Assembly (NCBI GenBank): GCA_964342815.1
Contig: CAYFHS010000002.1
Span: forward strand, 120,790 to 184,789
DNA from: an uncultured archaeon
GTDB lineage: Archaea; Thermoplasmatota; Penumbrarchaeia; JASLWR01
DNA length: 64,000 bases
Reading direction: 5' to 3'
The position numbers and the translations under genes were made by a program. A model generated the notes under the pieces. That model was not told the DNA's origin, ran no database searches, and worked only from the letters and a program-made list of their open reading frames with translations. Shown here in pieces: positions 26,693 through 35,693 of the stretch. The stretch's first letter is position 1. Every line of letters begins with the position of its first letter.

Positions 26693-27964
26693 ATGAGAAA
26701 CGATACCACAAGGAGAAAGGAACGGGTGCTGGAGAAACGCGGTCCGGTAAAGATCCACATGGATGATAATGGATATCTGCCTGTATATTCATTGATTACC
26801 CGCGGTAGTCCCGAGGGAGGATTCATCGAGGCGTACGGTGATATCGGGCCGTTACTGGCTGACGACAACCTGGAAGAGATAATGTACAACGGGCAGGATA
26901 AATGCGTCAAGGTTTATCATCGGAAATATGGAATGTGCGACACCAATTTATTCATCACCGAGGATGAGATTCTGGATGTTATCGATCACATTGCCAACCT
27001 TGCAGGAAAGACCATCGACAGCTCTTCTCCGTTCCTGGATGCCCGGCTCGAGGACGGCAGCAGGCTCAACGCCACCATACCGCCCGCTTCGCCTTACGGG
27101 CCGACCCTTACCATCAGAAAGTTCCTCAAAAATCCCCTGACAATTATTAGCCTCATAAAAAACAGGACGATAAATCCGAAGGTGGCGGCATTTCTTTGGA
27201 TGTGTGTGGACGGGCTGGACTACAAACCGGCGAATCTTATAGTTTCGGGGGGTACAGGTTCCGGAAAGACCACTTTTCTGAATGCTCTTGCAGTGTTTAT
27301 TCGTGAAGGGACCAGGCTGGTTACTATTGAGGACACCACGGAGCTGCAGCTGATGCACGAGCATATAGTCAGGCTGGAGACCATCCCGCCCGACCAGGAC
27401 GGTACCATGGAGATCAGCATGGATACACTTTTGAAGAATTCGCTGAGAATGAGGCCGGACAGAATAATCGTAGGCGAGGTGAGGGGAAGCGAGGCGGTTA
27501 CACTGTTCACGGCCATGAACACCGGCCACGACGGCTGCATGGGCACGCTGCACGCGAATACGGCTAAGGAAACGGCCACCAGGCTCTTGAGTCCTCCCAT
27601 GAATGTGGCCCCAATAATGCTTACGGCCCTGGATCTGTTGGTTGTAATGGAGAGAAAGACTGTTGAAGGGAAGACCGTACGGAAGATCACGGAGATATCG
27701 GAGATCGCCGGTCTCGAAAAAGACAGGCCGCGCATGAATAATATATTTAAGTTGGATCCGGTATCGAATTTATTAAAGTCCACCGGTGTTCCAAGCAGAT
27801 TGAGAGAAAGAATTTCGAAGGCTGTGGGCATCGAGATAAAAAAATTCGACGATATCCAGGCACGGAGAGAGAGGCTGTTGAAGCATCTGGTCACAAAAAA
27901 TCAGGCGGATATGAAGGTGGTATCGGGAGCGATCCAGAAGCATTATTTTCGGTCGGGGAAATAA
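26693..27964 (+). CDS. Type IV pilus assembly ATPase (CpaF/TadA/VirB11 family)
   Basis: LEEIMYNG, DARLEDGSRLNA, Walker A GGTGSGKT, TIEDTTEL, LRMRPDRIIVGEVRG, MNTGHDG.MGTLHAN. Confidence 0.93.
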   Translation: MRNDTTRRKERVLEKRGPVKIHMDDNGYLPVYSLITRGSPEGGFIEAYGDIGPLLADDNLEEIMYNGQDKCVKVYHRKYGMCDTNLFITEDEILDVIDHIANLAGKTIDSSSPFLDARLEDGSRLNATIPPASPYGPTLTIRKFLKNPLTIISLIKNRTINPKVAAFLWMCVDGLDYKPANLIVSGGTGSGKTTFLNALAVFIREGTRLVTIEDTTELQLMHEHIVRLETIPPDQDGTMEISMDTLLKNSLRMRPDRIIVGEVRGSEAVTLFTAMNTGHDGCMGTLHANTAKETATRLLSPPMNVAPIMLTALDLLVVMERKTVEGKTVRKITEISEIAGLEKDRPRMNNIFKLDPVSNLLKSTGVPSRLRERISKAVGIEIKKFDDIQARRERLLKHLVTKNQADMKVVSGAIQKHYFRSGK

Positions 27965-28026
27965 TTGTTTTCGTAGTAATTTTTCTCTACTGCAAGGGAT
28001 TTAACCTGTTCAATAGAGGTAACACT

Positions 28027-28392
28027 ATGATAGTTCGGAACATAGACGATGATGAGGTGAACGATACCACCTACCGCGCCCATGGAGGTGGCATTGCTAA
28101 GATGTTATTGACTTCCAGAGAACTGAGATCAATGCTTTTCCTCGCCCATGCGGTTCTTGAACCCACAAGAGAGTTGGAAGAACATATCGACCCTTACGAG
28201 GAAATCTATTTCATCCTCAGTGGTGAGGGGACCATGAGAGTGGGGGACGATAGAAGAAAGGTGAAGACGGGGGATGCTATCTGGATTCCCACGGGAGATG
28301 TTCACGGACTGGTGAATGAAAGTGATGAGGATCTGGAAATACTTGTTATGGCTGCGTATGATAGATACCCAAGAAAAATTCCAAATTATTGA
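28027..28392 (+). CDS. Cupin-domain protein
   Basis: HIDPYEEIYFILSGEG...VKTGDAIWIP.G.VHGL cupin motifs. Confidence 0.88.
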   Translation: MIVRNIDDDEVNDTTYRAHGGGIAKMLLTSRELRSMLFLAHAVLEPTRELEEHIDPYEEIYFILSGEGTMRVGDDRRKVKTGDAIWIPTGDVHGLVNESDEDLEILVMAAYDRYPRKIPNY

Positions 28393-28396
28393 CTGT

Positions 28397-28885
28397 ATGG
28401 AGCCTATTTCTATGGGTAAATTTGAAGAAAAAGAAGGGTCGACAACCATTCACGTGGAAGGTATGACATGTCTTCATTGTAAAAAGAGAGTCACAAAGGC
28501 CCTGAAGAAGGTGGAAGGCGTGAAAACAGTCAAGGTAAGTCTGTCCGAGAAAGAAGCGGAGGTGGGATTTGAAGGGGTTCCGGTTGATGAGGAATTGCTT
28601 GTCAAGGCCGTAGAGGATGCAGGATACAGGGTTGGATCTGATGAAAATTCAGTACCAAAAAATAACGAAAAAAGTATGAAGAGAAAAATGAGATTGTTAA
28701 TGGGCGGAGGAATCGGATTTGTTGGAATGGTAGTCTTTATGATAGTTATGTTCATCATACCCGGTTTTTTCGGCATTGGAGGAATGGAAGATTTCAATAT
28801 GATGCTAATTGGTATTCCCATAATGTTAGCTGTGATGATAACGATGATGCTTATTATTCGATATGTGCATAAAAGAAAAACTTAG
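28397..28885 (+). CDS. Heavy-metal-associated (HMA/CopZ-like) domain fused to Met-rich TM helices
   Basis: VEGMTCLHC...ALKKVEGV...AVEDAGY followed by two Met-rich hydrophobic helices; start moved to ATG 28397 after the cupin stop. Confidence 0.85.
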   Translation: MEPISMGKFEEKEGSTTIHVEGMTCLHCKKRVTKALKKVEGVKTVKVSLSEKEAEVGFEGVPVDEELLVKAVEDAGYRVGSDENSVPKNNEKSMKRKMRLLMGGGIGFVGMVVFMIVMFIIPGFFGIGGMEDFNMMLIGIPIMLAVMITMMLIIRYVHKRKT

Positions 28886-28938
28886 ATTTCTACGAGATAA
28901 GGTTACTTATTCGTAAATATGCCATGGTGTGAATAGTC

Positions 28939-29592
28939 CTAATAGACCCACTTCACAATATTCTCCAGCCCGTCGCGGCCAGTCCTGATTTTGTTTACAG
29001 GCGAAGCGGGGTCGGGATACCCGAGAGCGATCCCCAGCGTCAGTTTCTTTTCTTCCGGTAGGTTGAGAAAATCTTTTATCTCGTTCCCATAGGGGTTGAT
29101 GATTCCGATTGGACAGGTCCCAAGTCCCAGCGAATGAGCGGCCAGCGTCAGATGAGCGAGAAACGAACCGTGACAGATCATCCGTCTGTCCGGATGCGAG
29201 TCGTCCAGGAACAGTAGAATCGCAACCGGAGCGCCGTAGAATTTACAACTACCTTCGTTAATGAAAGAATCGAATTCCATTCCGGCTTCCTCGATGAAGG
29301 GCATCATTGATTTATATGCTTCCTTCTGTCTTCTATAATACTCGGGCGGCATCCTCTTTTGCGCGGAAGGGCCGCAGGGTACGCTTTTTTCTCGATACGC
29401 TTTCAGGATCACGTTCGAGAGCCGCTTCTTCTCCTTTCCGGCAAGCACCACCACTTCCCAGGGCTGGAGGTTCAGAGCGGAGGGCGAGGCAGCGGCCAGC
29501 CTCAATATCTTTTCCACGGTCTCCTTTTCGACGGTTTTTGGGAGAAATGCTCTTGTTGACGTTCTACCCTCGATAGCTTCCTTTACTTCCAT
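28939..29592 (-). CDS. Nitroreductase family protein
   Basis: AIEGRTSTRAF, ASPSALNLQPWE, FYGAPV, LAAHSLGLGTC, IALGYP. Confidence 0.92.
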   Translation of the reverse strand: MEVKEAIEGRTSTRAFLPKTVEKETVEKILRLAAASPSALNLQPWEVVVLAGKEKKRLSNVILKAYREKSVPCGPSAQKRMPPEYYRRQKEAYKSMMPFIEEAGMEFDSFINEGSCKFYGAPVAILLFLDDSHPDRRMICHGSFLAHLTLAAHSLGLGTCPIGIINPYGNEIKDFLNLPEEKKLTLGIALGYPDPASPVNKIRTGRDGLENIVKWVY

Positions 29593-29699
29593 GATGATCG
29601 CCTGATTTACTGTATGATTGATGAAGTATAATTGAAGTATCGCATATAATAAAATGGGTGAAATAAACGGCGAGAGGTATTGGTGAGAACTTACCTAGT

Positions 29700-30133
29700 T
29701 GAGCGAATACACACAGTGGAAACAACCTGAATTAGCCGTCCCAAGCCCCCCACCCTGAGCTCTTCGCTGGCTCGTTCTGGTCAATTTGCTTCGCAAACAG
29801 CCCTGTATCTTCCAGCAAATTTGCTGTAAGACACCTCACCCCCGCTCACCTGCTTGGTCTCGTAAATATAATGGGATTTGCTATGGAATAGGTTATATTA
29901 GTTGTTATCGGGCTCGCGCCCACTCTGTTCCGTTGCATCAGAGATACAACTGCGACTATCGAGTATTGCCCGATAGTATGTGCAATGCTCTCGCATTGAA
30001 ACGCCCTCGGGGTGTTACCCTACGGGCATGCACCTATACCACCCCTACAATCCACCCCGGCTATCGTGATCGACAGGACCCCTCCTGGCGACTCAGGTGT
30101 GCTCGTAGGGCACACCACGAGCCCTTGAGGTAG
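29700..30133 (-). ncRNA. Candidate large structured non-coding element; family unassigned
   Basis: Protein-gene-free GC-rich stretch with many hairpins. GNRA loops (GAGA, GCGA) and a G-U pair favour the minus strand. Shares a covarying 25-nt hairpin with 9355-9379. Confidence 0.5.
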
Positions 30134-30181
30134 GTTTGAATCGAAAAAATTAGTGTTCAAATCTTAATTTCAAACACTTCC

Positions 30182-30197
30182 ACCAAAGATATTTAAA
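30182..30197 (+). promoter_or_regulatory. Putative BRE/TATA promoter of a leaderless MBL hydrolase transcript
   Basis: TTTAAA at 30192-30197 preceded by purine-rich AAAG, about 28 nt before ATG 30220, with no SD sequence. Confidence 0.45.
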
Positions 30198-30219
30198 CAA
30201 CTAAGTGTAATTTACCAAC

Positions 30220-31050
30220 ATGCATATGGTGATATTGGGGTCCGGACAGGATGCGGGTAATCCGCAGATTGGGTGCAGTTGCGAGATATGTGAGCGGGCC
30301 TGGAATGACAGTAATTTTGGAAGATTCGGGCCTTCTATCGCCTTAATTGATGAAACCAATAATTCTTTTATTATCATCGATGCCTCGCCCGATCTCAAGT
30401 ATCAACTGGAAATCCTTCGAGAAACTTATCCAGGTATTAGTGATATAAAAAAGTCCTTGAAGGGCGTACTTCTGACACACGCTCACATGGGACACTGTTT
30501 TGGGTTATGGCATTTCGGCAGGGAATCTCTGAATACCCGGGATGTTCCGGTTTACTGCACTTCGCACATGAAATTTATTCTGTACAATAATTACCCTTTC
30601 GATCAACTGGTCCGGGGAAATAACATCAGAATAATCGAAGTGGCCGACAACAGCAGATTCACGGTGCAGGGCTTAAGTATCATACCGGTGACGGTTCCTC
30701 ACAGGAACGAGGTTGCTGATACCGTGGGATATGTCATTGATTCCGGCAAGAAAATAGTCTATTTTCCAGATGTGAACTACTGGACGAAGAGCGTCATGAA
30801 AATCATCCGTTTGGCAGATGTCGCTCTGCTGGACGGAACTTTCTACTCCAGGAACGAATTGGGCCGTTTCAATGAAGTTCCGCATCCGTTGATCAAGGAA
30901 ACAATTGAACTTCTTTGGAACGTGAAAAACCGCATTATTTTCACACATATAAATCATACGAATCCACTGAACTTCAATGGTAGTGAAAGAGAATATGTGG
31001 AGAGCAAAGGATTCGAGGTCGCTTCGGATGGTATGAAAATAGAGATTTAA
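30220..31050 (+). CDS. Metallo-beta-lactamase-fold hydrolase, PqqB/PhnP-like
   Basis: ILGSGQDAGNPQIGCSC..C, IIDASPD, LTHAHMGH, VPHRNE, DGTFY, HP, THINHTNP. Confidence 0.88.
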   Translation: MHMVILGSGQDAGNPQIGCSCEICERAWNDSNFGRFGPSIALIDETNNSFIIIDASPDLKYQLEILRETYPGISDIKKSLKGVLLTHAHMGHCFGLWHFGRESLNTRDVPVYCTSHMKFILYNNYPFDQLVRGNNIRIIEVADNSRFTVQGLSIIPVTVPHRNEVADTVGYVIDSGKKIVYFPDVNYWTKSVMKIIRLADVALLDGTFYSRNELGRFNEVPHPLIKETIELLWNVKNRIIFTHINHTNPLNFNGSEREYVESKGFEVASDGMKIEI

Positions 31051-31135
31051 GTTCAGCTTACGGTCAACTTCAGTTTTCCTGAAATGTGTATTTTCGATGA
31101 GATAATTTTTTATATTGCACAATATTAGTGCAAAT

Positions 31136-31810
31136 ATGGAGAAAAAACAAAAAGAAAATGTAATTCAGCTGGCTGTTTTTACAGTTGCTCTAATCTTATC
31201 TGCAATAAAACCTTTTGAATTCAGCACCTGGGCCATGGAGGCCGCGATTCCGATAGCTGCCACAATTTTTCTTATTGTGATCTACAGAAAAGTAACTCTC
31301 TCCAGAACCGCATATTGGCTTTTATTGGCATTCTTTTTAATACATTTATACGCAGCACATTACTCCTATTCCGCGACTCCCATAGGAAACTGGTTCCAGG
31401 AAACGTTTAGCATGGCCAGGAACAATTATGATAGGGTCGTACACTTTCTATTTGGGTTCCTGCTGGTGATGATAGTAAGGGAATTTCTCATCAGGACCAC
31501 ACCATTGAAGAACAGCATAATGCTGTTCACACTTTCAACCTGCGTAATAGGAACTCTTGGGGTCATTTACGAACTGGTCGAATGGGTTGCCGCACTCATA
31601 TTTGACCCCGATGGAGGCGGCGCATTTCTTGGTGCACAGGGAGATATATGGGATGCGCAGTGGGACCTTTTCCTGGCCCTTCTGGGGGCAATATTGGGAC
31701 AATGGATATTTCGTAAGCTTTACATGCGAATCATGAAGCAGGAAGGATGTATGGAAGTTTACAATTCGGAAAACACATGTGGTTTTTTCGAAGGTCTAAT
31801 TAAGGGGTAA
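31136..31810 (+). CDS. DUF2238 (YjdF-like) membrane protein
   Basis: AHYSYS..P.G.W......RNNYDRVVHFLFG, YELVEW, FLGAQGDIWDAQWD. Confidence 0.88.
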   Translation: MEKKQKENVIQLAVFTVALILSAIKPFEFSTWAMEAAIPIAATIFLIVIYRKVTLSRTAYWLLLAFFLIHLYAAHYSYSATPIGNWFQETFSMARNNYDRVVHFLFGFLLVMIVREFLIRTTPLKNSIMLFTLSTCVIGTLGVIYELVEWVAALIFDPDGGGAFLGAQGDIWDAQWDLFLALLGAILGQWIFRKLYMRIMKQEGCMEVYNSENTCGFFEGLIKG

Positions 31811-31876
31811 TAGGAAGGTTTTAAGTTCGCCTGCGAGCCCTCGGTCTCATAAAAACTTCACCTTGGTGACAAAATC

Positions 31877-32659
31877 CTAAAGAATTTCATTTCTAAGTAT
31901 CCCGTAAAACAGATCTCTCGCATACTTTTCCAGCCAGGGATAATGCCCGCATTTCTCCAAAACAATAAACCGGAAATCACCTAGAACGCGGGACAGCGGT
32001 TCTCTTACACCTTCCACCGGATGTGGATCGTGATCGCCGTGGATCGCCACCACCGGGCATTTTATTTTTGTGGCAAGCCCGAGAAGTTCCCCGCTGCTTC
32101 TCAATTCCTCCGCATCGTCCCACACACTGCAGAAAACGTCGTAGTCGCATTCGGGCATTTCCATCTTTCGGAGCAGGAGATCGACCGAATCGGTCTTCAT
32201 CGTCATTTCCCCAAGCCGGGTGAATATCCGGTTTTTATCGCGTTCCCACGGATCGATCAAGCGCTTCATCAATTTGCCGAGTTCGGATATCTCATCTACT
32301 CCGAGGCGAGCCCGCCGCGTTTTCATGATCGCTTCCTCGTAGCCCGTTTCGAACACGGCGCTCGAAACCATGATGAGCCTTTTAACCATTTTTGGATATT
32401 TGGCTGAAAAGACGTAGGCGAGCATGGCTCCCCATGAATGACCCACGAGGGTAACGGGACCTTTCCCATACCTCCTCACTGGAGAAAGAATTTCACCGAC
32501 CTGTCCATCGAGAGTAGCCGCCCTGTGAATGGTCTCGATTACGCCCCGTTCGCGGGAGAGTACCCTTGCCACGGGAGCCATGTACCCGGGAGCACCGGGG
32601 CCGCCGTGTATGACGACCACGTTGTAGGGCTCATTTCCATATGTTCTTGTGGTTTTCAT
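31877..32659 (-). CDS. Alpha/beta-fold hydrolase
   Basis: IHGGPGAPG, nucleophile elbow GHSWG, IHGDHD, CGHYPW. Confidence 0.9.
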   Translation of the reverse strand: MKTTRTYGNEPYNVVVIHGGPGAPGYMAPVARVLSRERGVIETIHRAATLDGQVGEILSPVRRYGKGPVTLVGHSWGAMLAYVFSAKYPKMVKRLIMVSSAVFETGYEEAIMKTRRARLGVDEISELGKLMKRLIDPWERDKNRIFTRLGEMTMKTDSVDLLLRKMEMPECDYDVFCSVWDDAEELRSSGELLGLATKIKCPVVAIHGDHDPHPVEGVREPLSRVLGDFRFIVLEKCGHYPWLEKYARDLFYGILRNEIL

Positions 32660-32678
32660 ATTCGGTCATATCCATTAT

Positions 32679-32927
32679 TCATTCCGTCAAGCGACCCCTA
32701 AGCTGCGCAATGGCTTCACCGTGGGTGAGATTCTCGAGAGTCATCGCCATTTCGTAATGCTTCTCGCAGAACCATACGGCATAGGGTGGGTGACCAACCA
32801 TCCCCGTTTCTTTCATCTTGCAATCCCATTCTATGTCTGATTCCGTTCGTTTGAAATAGACCAATCCGCAGTCTTCCCTGAAAGGATCGAAATCATTTCC
32901 GCATATTCTGCATTCCGGAGGCATCAT
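32679..32927 (-). CDS. Small conserved hypothetical protein, probable Zn binder
   Basis: PPECRIC...GLVYF...GHPP..WFCEKH pattern; clean ORF co-oriented with its neighbours. Confidence 0.7.
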   Translation of the reverse strand: MMPPECRICGNDFDPFREDCGLVYFKRTESDIEWDCKMKETGMVGHPPYAVWFCEKHYEMAMTLENLTHGEAIAQLRGRLTE

Positions 32928-33029
32928 GATAAGACCGTACATTTAAGGAAAATGAAGGTTCTTAAATTGTTTTCTCAAAATTCAAATGAAGAAAATTAAT
33001 AAAACCGGATAAAATACCATTAGATTATC

Positions 33030-33653
33030 TCAACTCATCGCCCTTAGCTTATTATACCGAAAACAATCTACCAGATGGTCATTCACCATCCCGGCTGCCT
33101 GCATGAATGCATAGCAGATCGTTGTCCCAACAAATTTGAATCCGCGTTTTTTTAACTCAGCGCTCATTGAATTGGATTCCGTGGAATGTGATGGGATCTC
33201 TTTTTCTGTTTTCCAATGGTTGACAATGGTTTTCCCCTCTGTAAACTGCCAGATGAACCGGTCGAAACTGCCATACTCTTTTCGGATATTCAGAAAAGTC
33301 TGAGCATTTGTCACGGTTGTTCGGATTTTCAGTTTATTTCGAATAATTGCCGGATTTTGAATCAATTCTCCAATTTTTGTTTCATCATATACAGCAATGA
33401 TTTCAGGCTGAAAGTTATCAAACGCTTTTCGGAAACCTTCCCTTTTTTTGAGTACGATCGCCCAACTCAATCCCGCCTGAAAAGTATCCAGCACCATGAA
33501 CTCAAATAGTTTTCGATCATCATGGACGGGGACTCCCCATTCTTTGTCATGATAAGTAATCATCAGCGGATCATCGCCAGGCCAAAAGCAGCGTTTTTTA
33601 TCGATATTGGAATTCATGATTTTCTCATCTTTTATTATTTTGTATTCGTTCAT
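33030..33653 (-). CDS. tag: DNA-3-methyladenine glycosylase I
   Basis: RCFW, YHDKEWGVP, FQAGLSW, IIRNKLKI, GFKFVGTTICYAFMQAAGMVNDH..C. Confidence 0.95.
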   Translation of the reverse strand: MNEYKIIKDEKIMNSNIDKKRCFWPGDDPLMITYHDKEWGVPVHDDRKLFEFMVLDTFQAGLSWAIVLKKREGFRKAFDNFQPEIIAVYDETKIGELIQNPAIIRNKLKIRTTVTNAQTFLNIRKEYGSFDRFIWQFTEGKTIVNHWKTEKEIPSHSTESNSMSAELKKRGFKFVGTTICYAFMQAAGMVNDHLVDCFRYNKLRAMS

Positions 33654-33674
33654 TCTTAAGAATTGTTTTGTACA

Positions 33675-35282
33675 TCAAAATCTCACGGGTTCGCAGAACT
33701 CACCGAACACTTCCCGGAAAACGTTTGCGATCTCACCCACCGTTGCATAAGCCTTGACCGCGTCTATGATATAGGGCATGAGATTCTCGCAGCCGGCTGC
33801 CTTTTCCCTCAGGATATCCAGTTTTTCACTTACCGCCGTATTGTTCCTCTCCGCTCTTATCGTTCGCAACCTATCTATCTGCTCGTCGGTCTTCTCTCTG
33901 TCGTAATCGTGGTACTCCACCGCCCGCTCATCTTCCTCGGTACGATATTTGTTGACGCCGACCTTCGAGATCTCTCCCGACTGTATCTTCCGTTCGGTCT
34001 CGTAAGCCTGCCGCGACACTTCCCTCTGTATGTACCCTTCCGATATGGCTTTGACTATACCGCCCTTATCGGCCACGTCCTTCATGCAGGCTTTTATCCG
34101 TCTTTCGAACTCCCCGGTGAGGGATTCCACGTAATATGAGCCGGCCAGAGGGTCCACGGTGTCTGCAAGGCCCATTTCCTCTACCAGTATCTGCATGGTC
34201 CGCAATGATAGGAGCGCGGCCTTCTTGGAGGGTATGGTATATGCCTCGTCGTAAGAGCACAGCGCCATTGTCTGTGTGCCGCTTAGAGCCGATATCAGTG
34301 CATAGTACGCGCCACGGACTATGTTGTTTTCCGGCTGCTCGATGGTAAGCCCGCCGCCTCCGCCGCCGGCGATCATTTTCATTTTCTGCGCTCTCGGATT
34401 CTCGCAGCCGTAATCGTTCCGGACAATTCTGGCCCACAATCCCCTTGCCGCCCGGAACTTGGCAATCTGTTCGAATAAGTTTCCGTGGATGTCGAAATTG
34501 AACGATAATCGAGCAATGAACGAGTCGGGGTCGAGTCCTCTTAGGAGAACATCGTCTATGTACGCTTTCGCGATTGCATAGGCATAAGCTATTTCCTGAA
34601 CCGGATTGGCGCCGGACTCTCTTATATGGTACCCGCACACGCTCACCGGGTAGTACATGGGCACGTTCCCTGCACAGAATTCTATTGTGTCGGTGACGAG
34701 CCTAATGGACGGTTCAACCGGGTATATCCACGTTCCGCGTCCAACGAACTCCTTCAGTATGTCGTTCTGTGCGGTCCCCCGGAGGCTCTCCAGCGGAACT
34801 CCACGCTTTTCCGCTATGACAAAGTACATGGCCATCATTACAGAAGCCATGGAATTGATGGTCAGGGACACGCTTATCCTGTCTATGGGTATGTCCCGGA
34901 AGGCTTCCTCCATGTCCTTCAGCGAATCTATGGCCATCCCCACTCTGCCAACCTCGCCAAAGGCCCGGGGGTCATCGGAGTCGAGTCCCAGCTGCGTGGG
35001 CAGATCGAAGGCAACGTTCAGGCCGGTCTGGCCCTGGGAAATAAGATACTTGAAACGCTCATTCGTTTCCCTTGCCGTGGCAAAACCCGAGTACTGTCTC
35101 ATGGTGAATGGACGCGCGCGGTACATGTACTGGTGTATACCTCTCGTAAACGGGAACTCTCCTGGTTTTCCAATATCCTTTTGGTAATTTCGATCAATCA
35201 CATCTTCCGGACCGTAGACCGGCTTGACCTCGATACCGGATTCCAGAACGACGTCCTTCAGTTTTAACTGAGGCCTAGGCAA
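33675..35282 (-). CDS. B12-dependent acyl-CoA mutase, large (substrate-binding) subunit, divergent methylmalonyl-CoA mutase family
   Basis: PGEFPFTRG, TMRQYSGF, GQTGLNVAFDLPTQ.G.DSD, GTAQNDILKEF, GYHIRE, DEA. TTG start at 35282 behind GGTGA. Confidence 0.92.
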   Translation of the reverse strand: MPRPQLKLKDVVLESGIEVKPVYGPEDVIDRNYQKDIGKPGEFPFTRGIHQYMYRARPFTMRQYSGFATARETNERFKYLISQGQTGLNVAFDLPTQLGLDSDDPRAFGEVGRVGMAIDSLKDMEEAFRDIPIDRISVSLTINSMASVMMAMYFVIAEKRGVPLESLRGTAQNDILKEFVGRGTWIYPVEPSIRLVTDTIEFCAGNVPMYYPVSVCGYHIRESGANPVQEIAYAYAIAKAYIDDVLLRGLDPDSFIARLSFNFDIHGNLFEQIAKFRAARGLWARIVRNDYGCENPRAQKMKMIAGGGGGGLTIEQPENNIVRGAYYALISALSGTQTMALCSYDEAYTIPSKKAALLSLRTMQILVEEMGLADTVDPLAGSYYVESLTGEFERRIKACMKDVADKGGIVKAISEGYIQREVSRQAYETERKIQSGEISKVGVNKYRTEEDERAVEYHDYDREKTDEQIDRLRTIRAERNNTAVSEKLDILREKAAGCENLMPYIIDAVKAYATVGEIANVFREVFGEFCEPVRF

Positions 35283-35673
35283 CTTTATCACCAACCCTCG
35301 CATTGATGAAATTAACTATGTCATTGAAATTGGATCCCGTGGGAAAGATCCCTGCCACACCTAGGGCATGGAGATCATCGAAATCCCTTTTCGGAATGTT
35401 TCCGCCAACGAGTACAATGACATCTTCCATTTTGTTGGCCCTAAGTTTCTCCGTGAGTCCCTTTGTAAGGGGAAGGTGGGCACCGGAAAGTATGCTGAGA
35501 CCTATGACGTTGACATCCTCCTGCAGAGCGGCTTCCACGATATTTTCAACCGTCCGGTGAAGACCGGTATAAATGACTTCGAACCCAGCTTCGATCAATG
35601 CATGCACTATCACCTTGGCGCCCCTATCGTGGCCGTCCAATCCCGGTTTTGCGATTAATATTCTCGTGGGAAT
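35275..35673 (-). CDS. Cobalamin-binding small subunit of the acyl-CoA mutase
   Basis: RILIAKPGLDGHDRGAK (DxHxxG), GFEVIYTG, IGLSILSGAH, VGGNIP. The only plausible start is ATT 35673, 4 nt after AGGTGA. Confidence 0.92.
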   Translation of the reverse strand: MPTRILIAKPGLDGHDRGAKVIVHALIEAGFEVIYTGLHRTVENIVEAALQEDVNVIGLSILSGAHLPLTKGLTEKLRANKMEDVIVLVGGNIPKRDFDDLHALGVAGIFPTGSNFNDIVNFINARVGDKVA

Positions 35674-35693
35674 GATATCACCTGTTAAAATTA

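Noticed and set aside
29700-30133. Group II intron, RNase P RNA, SRP RNA or HEARO/omega RNA
   Set aside because: GTGTG occurs near the 5' end but there is no 34-nt domain V. There is no GAGGAAAGTCC/ACAGAA..GGCTTA P4, no CAGG-GGAA-AGCA helix 8, and no IscB/TnpB or RT gene.
29786-30133. 115-aa plus-strand ORF
   Set aside because: No recognisable motif, atypical composition and no SD; better explained as a chance ORF in a structured GC-rich element.
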